From Okeania sp. (GTDB lineage: Bacteria > Cyanobacteriota > Cyanobacteriia > Cyanobacteriales > Microcoleaceae): DNA of 31,098 nucleotides. The stretch is taken from positions 1 through 31,098 of the forward strand of contig NZ_JAYKGW010000223.1 in the NCBI RefSeq assembly GCF_035285525.1, read 5' to 3'. The translations under genes were made by a program, and so were the position numbers. Every line of letters begins with the position of its first letter. Positions within the stretch are counted from its first letter, which is position 1. The notes under the pieces are model-generated. The model saw only the letters and a program-made list of their open reading frames with translations. It had not been told where the DNA came from and searched no databases. Below, in pieces: positions 27,988 to 31,098 of the stretch.

Positions 27988-28596
27988 TTAGTCTTCAGAC
28001 GATGTAGCCATCAAATCTTCTGATACTATCCATACTTTGTTATTTTCCATTCCCACTATAAACACTTTTTCTCCCTTAATAAACTCCTTATTTTCTTCAG
28101 TAAAAGCAATAAGTTCCACGATAGACTCCTTAACATTTACTCGAATTTTACCCTTACTTTTTTTATCAAAAGGAATTTCCACTGTTCCTGAAAGACCCAA
28201 CAAATCATCACTACGCACTAAACTATTAGCAGGACGATTTTTTAAATTATATAATACATAAGACATTATTGTGCCACATAAAATACCAACTATTATAGAA
28301 ATAATGGCAATTATATTAGCAGAAAGACGGGTAGAAAGATTAGATAGTACAACTCCAGTTAAGCCAAAAAAGCAACTACTAAAAGTCCAGAATTTCCAGC
28401 TCAAAAATGGTAGCCATAATCGCCGACGAGGTTGATGATATATTGAGGTATTACCTTCTTCTCTATTTTCTTGATTGATAATTTCTAGGTCTGCCTCAAA
28501 ATCTTGGTCAAAATCTACACCATCTAGACCAGCAAATGCGGAAAGTCCCACAAATACTCCACCAATAATTAGACAGAAAATATAAGCTGATTCCAT
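27988..28596 (-). CDS. NfeD/YqiJ-like membrane protein (N-terminal TM + acidic loop, more TM helices, C-terminal OB-like domain)
   Basis: 202 aa. The C-terminus is GLSGTVEIPFDKKSKGKIRVNVKESIVELIAFTEENKEFIKGEKVFIVGMENNKVWIVS. The architecture resembles E. coli YqiJ, the partner of flotillin-like YqiK. Confidence 0.75.
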   Translation of the reverse strand: MESAYIFCLIIGGVFVGLSAFAGLDGVDFDQDFEADLEIINQENREEGNTSIYHQPRRRLWLPFLSWKFWTFSSCFFGLTGVVLSNLSTRLSANIIAIISIIVGILCGTIMSYVLYNLKNRPANSLVRSDDLLGLSGTVEIPFDKKSKGKIRVNVKESIVELIAFTEENKEFIKGEKVFIVGMENNKVWIVSEDLMATSSED

Positions 28597-28668
28597 AAGC
28601 TGTCCTTACATAATTTTTAGTATCCTCATTTATATATTTTATATTGTGACAAATTAAGTTCCTGATTT

Positions 28669-29075
28669 GTCTATTTGTAAAAAAAATTTGTATTTGACTA
28701 GGAAAAACTTCAGGGGGCTTTAAATGCAACGTCCCTAGTTAGTATTGATAATTATGCAGAAACCAGGTTGCTCAAAGAAATGCTGAATGCTTACTTATCA
28801 ATTATTAATTATTGGTCTATTTGTAGAAAAAATTTGTATTTGATTGGGAAAAACTGTAGGAGGCTTTAAATGCAACGCCCCTAGTTAGTATTGATAATTA
28901 TGCAGAAACCAGGTTGCTCAAAGAAATGCTGAATGCTTAGTTATCAATTATTAATTATGGGTCTATTTGTAGAAAAAATTTGTATTTGATTGGGAAAAAC
29001 TGTAGGGGGCTTTAAATGCAACGCCCCTACTTAGTATTGATAATTATACAGAAACCAAGTTAATCAAATAAATTT
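28669..29075. repeat. 146-bp tandem repeat, about 2.7 units, each with a GTAGGGGGC...GCCCCTAC hairpin
   Basis: Units start with gtctatttgta at 28669, 28815 and 28961. The repeat is nearly identical from unit to unit. It lies between the TIGR03032-like gene and the nfeD-like gene start. Confidence 0.9.
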
Positions 29076-29174
29076 AGTTAAAAATCCGTTCATTAATGGA
29101 TTCTAATATCATGTTCGGTTTTGATTTTTAGAGATGTCTATTAATTACCTTATCGAGCAATTATTCATTATCAA

Positions 29175-30245
29175 TTATTCATTATCTATTGGGTCTAAAG
29201 TTAATATACGACTAATTTCATCTGTTTGAAACCCTAAAGCCATTGGTCGTTTAACTCCTGGTAATATTTGCACATCGTATAACTCTGTCACTACTCCTTC
29301 TAATCGTAACCATTCAACAATATTACCTGTATTAATATCAATTATCATCAAACCACAACGAGGTTCTACATTTTGCTCGAATAAATTTTCATCTAATTTT
29401 AACCCTAAAAAAGTCCTATCTCTTGGTTTAGATAATCCGACGATTGCCCAATTTTTCCAAAAGGCTAAACCTCGCAAATAACCAGGGCAAAAAGTTATTG
29501 GTTCAAACTTACCTTTATCTAAATCAACTACACCAAAAAAACCTTCTCCAGAATTTAATAACCATAACTTTCCTTGATAAAATCTGGGAGAATGAGGCAT
29601 AGATAAACCCCTCATAATAATCTCATTTGAAGGAACATCAATTAAACAACCACCATCCCTTCTTTTATCTCGCCAACCATTAATTATATTTGCAGAACTA
29701 ATAGCAGTAACATAGGTAGGTTTTCCTGCTACCATTGCTAAACCATTTAGGTGACAACGGTCTTCATTAATAACTTCAGAAATAAACGATGGCTTCCATA
29801 AAGGAGTACAACTATTTTTATGGCTAACTGTAGCTAAACAGTTCAATAAACTACTAACAAAAATGATTCTATCGTTATTATCAACGACCAAATCATGGAT
29901 ATCTAAATCACCAGTTGTATAACCTATTCTGGGCACATAAAGTTTATCATAACCATTGTAATATTGTTCTTCTTTGAGAATATTATCTAACTGCCAAACT
30001 TGATATTTTGAACTCATATATAGTCGTTCTGAAGTAGCATATAATCCCATAGCACGATCAAACAAACGTTCAAAACCAGAAAAGTTACCTTCGGGATTAA
30101 CCCCTAGAAAAAGTAATCTAGAAGTTTGGTAAGTTGTAAATACTAGGCTAATTTCTTCAGCTTTTAACCAATGACTAAAACTTCGAGAAGCTATAATTTG
30201 TGGATTAGATATTCCGGTATGATCAGAGCTATATTTTGTTTCCAT
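29175..30245 (-). CDS. Conserved hypothetical protein, probably TIGR03032/DUF4915 family (beta-propeller-like)
   Basis: Intact 356-aa ORF. The N-terminal pattern SFSHWLKAEEISLVFTTYQTSRLLFLG...FDRAMGLY matches my recollection of TIGR03032. The family call needs an HMM check. Confidence 0.6.
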   Translation of the reverse strand: METKYSSDHTGISNPQIIASRSFSHWLKAEEISLVFTTYQTSRLLFLGVNPEGNFSGFERLFDRAMGLYATSERLYMSSKYQVWQLDNILKEEQYYNGYDKLYVPRIGYTTGDLDIHDLVVDNNDRIIFVSSLLNCLATVSHKNSCTPLWKPSFISEVINEDRCHLNGLAMVAGKPTYVTAISSANIINGWRDKRRDGGCLIDVPSNEIIMRGLSMPHSPRFYQGKLWLLNSGEGFFGVVDLDKGKFEPITFCPGYLRGLAFWKNWAIVGLSKPRDRTFLGLKLDENLFEQNVEPRCGLMIIDINTGNIVEWLRLEGVVTELYDVQILPGVKRPMALGFQTDEISRILTLDPIDNE

Positions 30246-30684
30246 TTTTATCTTTATTTAGTTAGTTAAGTAGTAGTACTTTTAGGAATTTCCTAGTTGA
30301 AAGAGGGAATAGGAAACTGGAAAGGAAGGAGAAGGAGTAAACATAACATGTAATTAATTTTGCTTATGCACTTACACGCTCTATCAAATCGTCTTTTGTC
30401 AAAACAATATGCCATCCCTCCCTTCTTACTTCTGCAATATTATATACTTACATTATAAGTATTCAGCTATTAGCATTTTCTACGGAATGCTCCACAAACA
30501 GCTTTTAGCTTTTGAACTTAATAACTTACTAAAGGTAGTTCATAGCCTTTTTCTTTCCTGCGGAATGCTACGCAAACATAAGTTTAATTCTCGCTATTAG
30601 GCTAATTCCTCCTTTGGTATAAAAGTGAGTTAATAACTCATAGTTGATAGCTGATAGCTGACGGCTAAATGCTGATCTTATAAT

Positions 30685-30790
30685 ACTAAAGTTTTGAGGA
30701 AATAAAACATAGTCATACAAATTTCTTGATCTCAAACTGATGTAGAAATTGTTTACCCTGATAGTAATAGTCCACCTATGGCAGATAACA
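30685..30790 (+). pseudogene. Decayed duplicate of the leader and first 27 or so codons of the Uma2-family gene
   Basis: actaaagttttgaggaaataaaacatagtcataca...cctatggcagataac parallels 30896-31000, at an offset of 211 bp. The ATG is lost (ATA) and an early stop is present. Confidence 0.6.
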
Positions 30791-30919
30791 TCACAGTAAT
30801 AAATAGGTTGATTTTTTTGATAAAATAGGTAGTGTGGGGTGGTCTTTTAGGTACTAAAAACATACCATCCCACTACCAAATATAATATCTATTTGACTAA
30901 AGTTTTGAGGGAATAAAAT

Positions 30920-31098
30920 ATGGTAATACAAGTTCCTTTATTCCAAACTGAAGCAGAAATTATTTACCCAGATAGTGATGGTAAACCTATGGCAGATAAT
31001 AGGATTCAATTTCGTTGGATTACTCTTATTCAGAATAATTTAGACTCGTTCTTTGCTGATAATCCTGAAGTTTTCGTGGCTGGAGATTTACTTTAGTA
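30920..31098 (+). pseudogene. Uma2-family (DUF820) restriction-endonuclease-like gene, 5' part, with TAG where the conserved Trp codon is expected; cut by the window end
   Basis: MVIQVPLFQTEAEIIYPDSDGKPMADNRIQFRWITLIQNNLDSFFADNPEVFVAGDLL*. The family pattern as I recall it continues GDLxWYP. TAG lies at 31094-31096, followed by TA. Confidence 0.6.

Noticed and set aside
28669-29075. Possible CRISPR array
   Set aside because: The units are 146 bp long and contiguous, and the whole unit is repeated. There are no short repeats alternating with unique spacers, and no cas genes are in the window. It is a tandem minisatellite, not CRISPR.
28508-30600. ORFs 28508-28729 (minus), 28037-28261 (plus) and 30409-30600 (plus)
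   Set aside because: The first two overlap the nfeD-like CDS out of frame or antisense, or its leader. The third lies in repeat-rich intergenic DNA (ggaatgctacgcaaac-type repeat fragments) and has no coding signature.
21493-31096. Stop-codon reassignment or programmed read-through as the explanation for the in-frame stops
   Set aside because: All three stop codons (TAA, TGA, TAG) occur as interruptions. The same codons terminate the well-supported housekeeping genes at the expected lengths. Plain nonsense mutation is the simpler explanation, and read-through is kept only as something to test.

Overview
This window looks like a low-GC chromosome of a filamentous, Nostocales-like cyanobacterium. 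Support comes from HIP1 palindromes GCGATCGC (e.g. 3533-3540, 5266-5273, 6587-6594), a PSRP-3/ycf65 gene, a CcbP-family gene, a cyanobacteriochrome-type kinase, and intergenic regions packed with hairpin and MITE-like repeats.

- **Left part (0.5-14.5 kb), mostly ordinary genes:** a large RTX-tailed phytase-like/choice-of-anchor-I secreted protein, a CcbP-like protein, a membrane protein, a SAM methyltransferase, ycf65, a HAD hydrolase, and a 1549-aa hybrid histidine kinase. The kinase N-terminus holds three tandemly duplicated GAF domains with DXCF and CH motifs, i.e. candidate blue-light cyanobacteriochrome modules.
- **Centre (about 15.2-24.1 kb), an accessory/defence-type island, almost entirely on the minus strand:**
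  - a translationally coupled 133-aa + HNH endonuclease pair;
  - an intact 1393-aa fusion of a Cas4-type Fe-S PD-(D/E)xK nuclease, an RNase-H-like module and an SF1B Upf1/Dna2-like helicase. This is the most interesting candidate system;
  - an AAA_15/21-type ATPase killed by two in-frame stop codons, with a frameshifted coupled partner;
  - a DUF433/DUF5615 toxin-antitoxin (TA) pair whose toxin carries an in-frame stop;
  - a ParD/ParE pair whose toxin is split by a hairpin-repeat insertion.
- **Right part (24.1-31.1 kb):** an NfeD-NfeD-flotillin-flotillin cluster interspersed with repeats, a 146-bp tandem repeat array, a TIGR03032-like gene, and a duplicated Uma2-family gene start at the window edge.

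No rRNA, tRNA or CRISPR array was recognised. All family assignments rest on motif recognition by eye and need HMM or structure searches to confirm.
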